From an uncultured Ruficoccus sp. (lineage in GTDB: Bacteria > Verrucomicrobiota > Verrucomicrobiia > Opitutales > Cerasicoccaceae): a stretch of 64,000 bases of DNA. The DNA is taken from positions 64,001-128,000 of the forward strand of contig OZ223481.1 in assembly GCA_965140785.1 (NCBI GenBank). Direction: 5' to 3'. This document shows, piece by piece, positions 63,701 to 64,000 of this stretch. How positions within the stretch are numbered: position 1 is the first letter of the stretch; each line of letters begins with the position of its first letter. Made by a program: the position numbers and the translations under genes. The notes beneath the pieces are model-generated. The model saw nothing but the letters and a program-made list of their open reading frames with translations, did not search any database and was not told the DNA's origin.

Positions 63701-64000
63701 TCACCGCTGCTCAGACCGCCCCTCGCCACTGCCCCTGAACTCCGCCATCGTCGCCTCCCCTTCGGCGGAAATGCCTTCCCGGCACAGGACCGCCCGCACG
63801 GTCAGGAAAAGGATCTTCAGGTCGAGCCAGCAACTGCGGTGATCCACATACCAGACATCCAGCTTGAAACGCTCCTCCCAACTGAGCGCGTTGCGCCCCT
63901 TGATCTGCGCCCAGCCGGTGATACCGGGGCGAACCTCATGCCGCCGCGCCTGCTCCGGCGAATAGCGGTCCAGATAACGCACCAGCAGCGGTCGCGGCCC
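63701..64000 (-). CDS. bacterial sugar transferase (PglC/WcaJ-like), C-terminal part; runs off the window
   Basis: 'GPRPLL', '[16 protein letters not shown]', 'LDVWYVDH', 'LDLKIL'. Confidence 0.9.
   Translation of the reverse strand, partial: GPRPLLVRYLDRYSPEQARRHEVRPGITGWAQIKGRNALSWEERFKLDVWYVDHRSCWLDLKILFLTVRAVLCREGISAEGEATMAEFRGSGEGRSEQR

Overview
GC-rich bacterial chromosomal window. The Amuc_1098-1102-like pilus cluster, the PEP-CTERM and EpsI genes and the eukaryote-type UDP-GlcNAc pyrophosphorylase suggest Verrucomicrobiota, probably Opitutia (inference). Most of it is housekeeping: lgt, glgC, glmS, trpE, a sigma-70 factor, rpsA, aguAB, hisG, pdhABC, pgm, two-component genes and polysaccharide genes. 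The main accessory feature is an AT-rich integrative element of about 8.7 kb (8452-17196) inserted in the last codons of glmS. Its ends reconstruct a symmetric 48-bp serine-integrase attP around an AC core. It encodes a large serine recombinase overlapping a small tyrosine recombinase, a minimal HUH rolling-circle-type protein, a C-protein-like HTH regulator with a perfect 24-bp operator, a DUF4352-like gene split by an IS3-family element, and a TIR-STAND NTPase that is a candidate anti-phage protein. Other notable structure: a GxxExxY nuclease gene inside the pdh operon bracketed by two long hairpins built from CACAAAA repeats, seven copies of a covarying GTAG-type REP (some as inverted pairs enclosing orphan genes), a decayed PEP-CTERM gene and a MITE-like spacer. 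No rRNA, tRNA or CRISPR array was seen. All protein calls come from motif recognition by eye, not from database searches.
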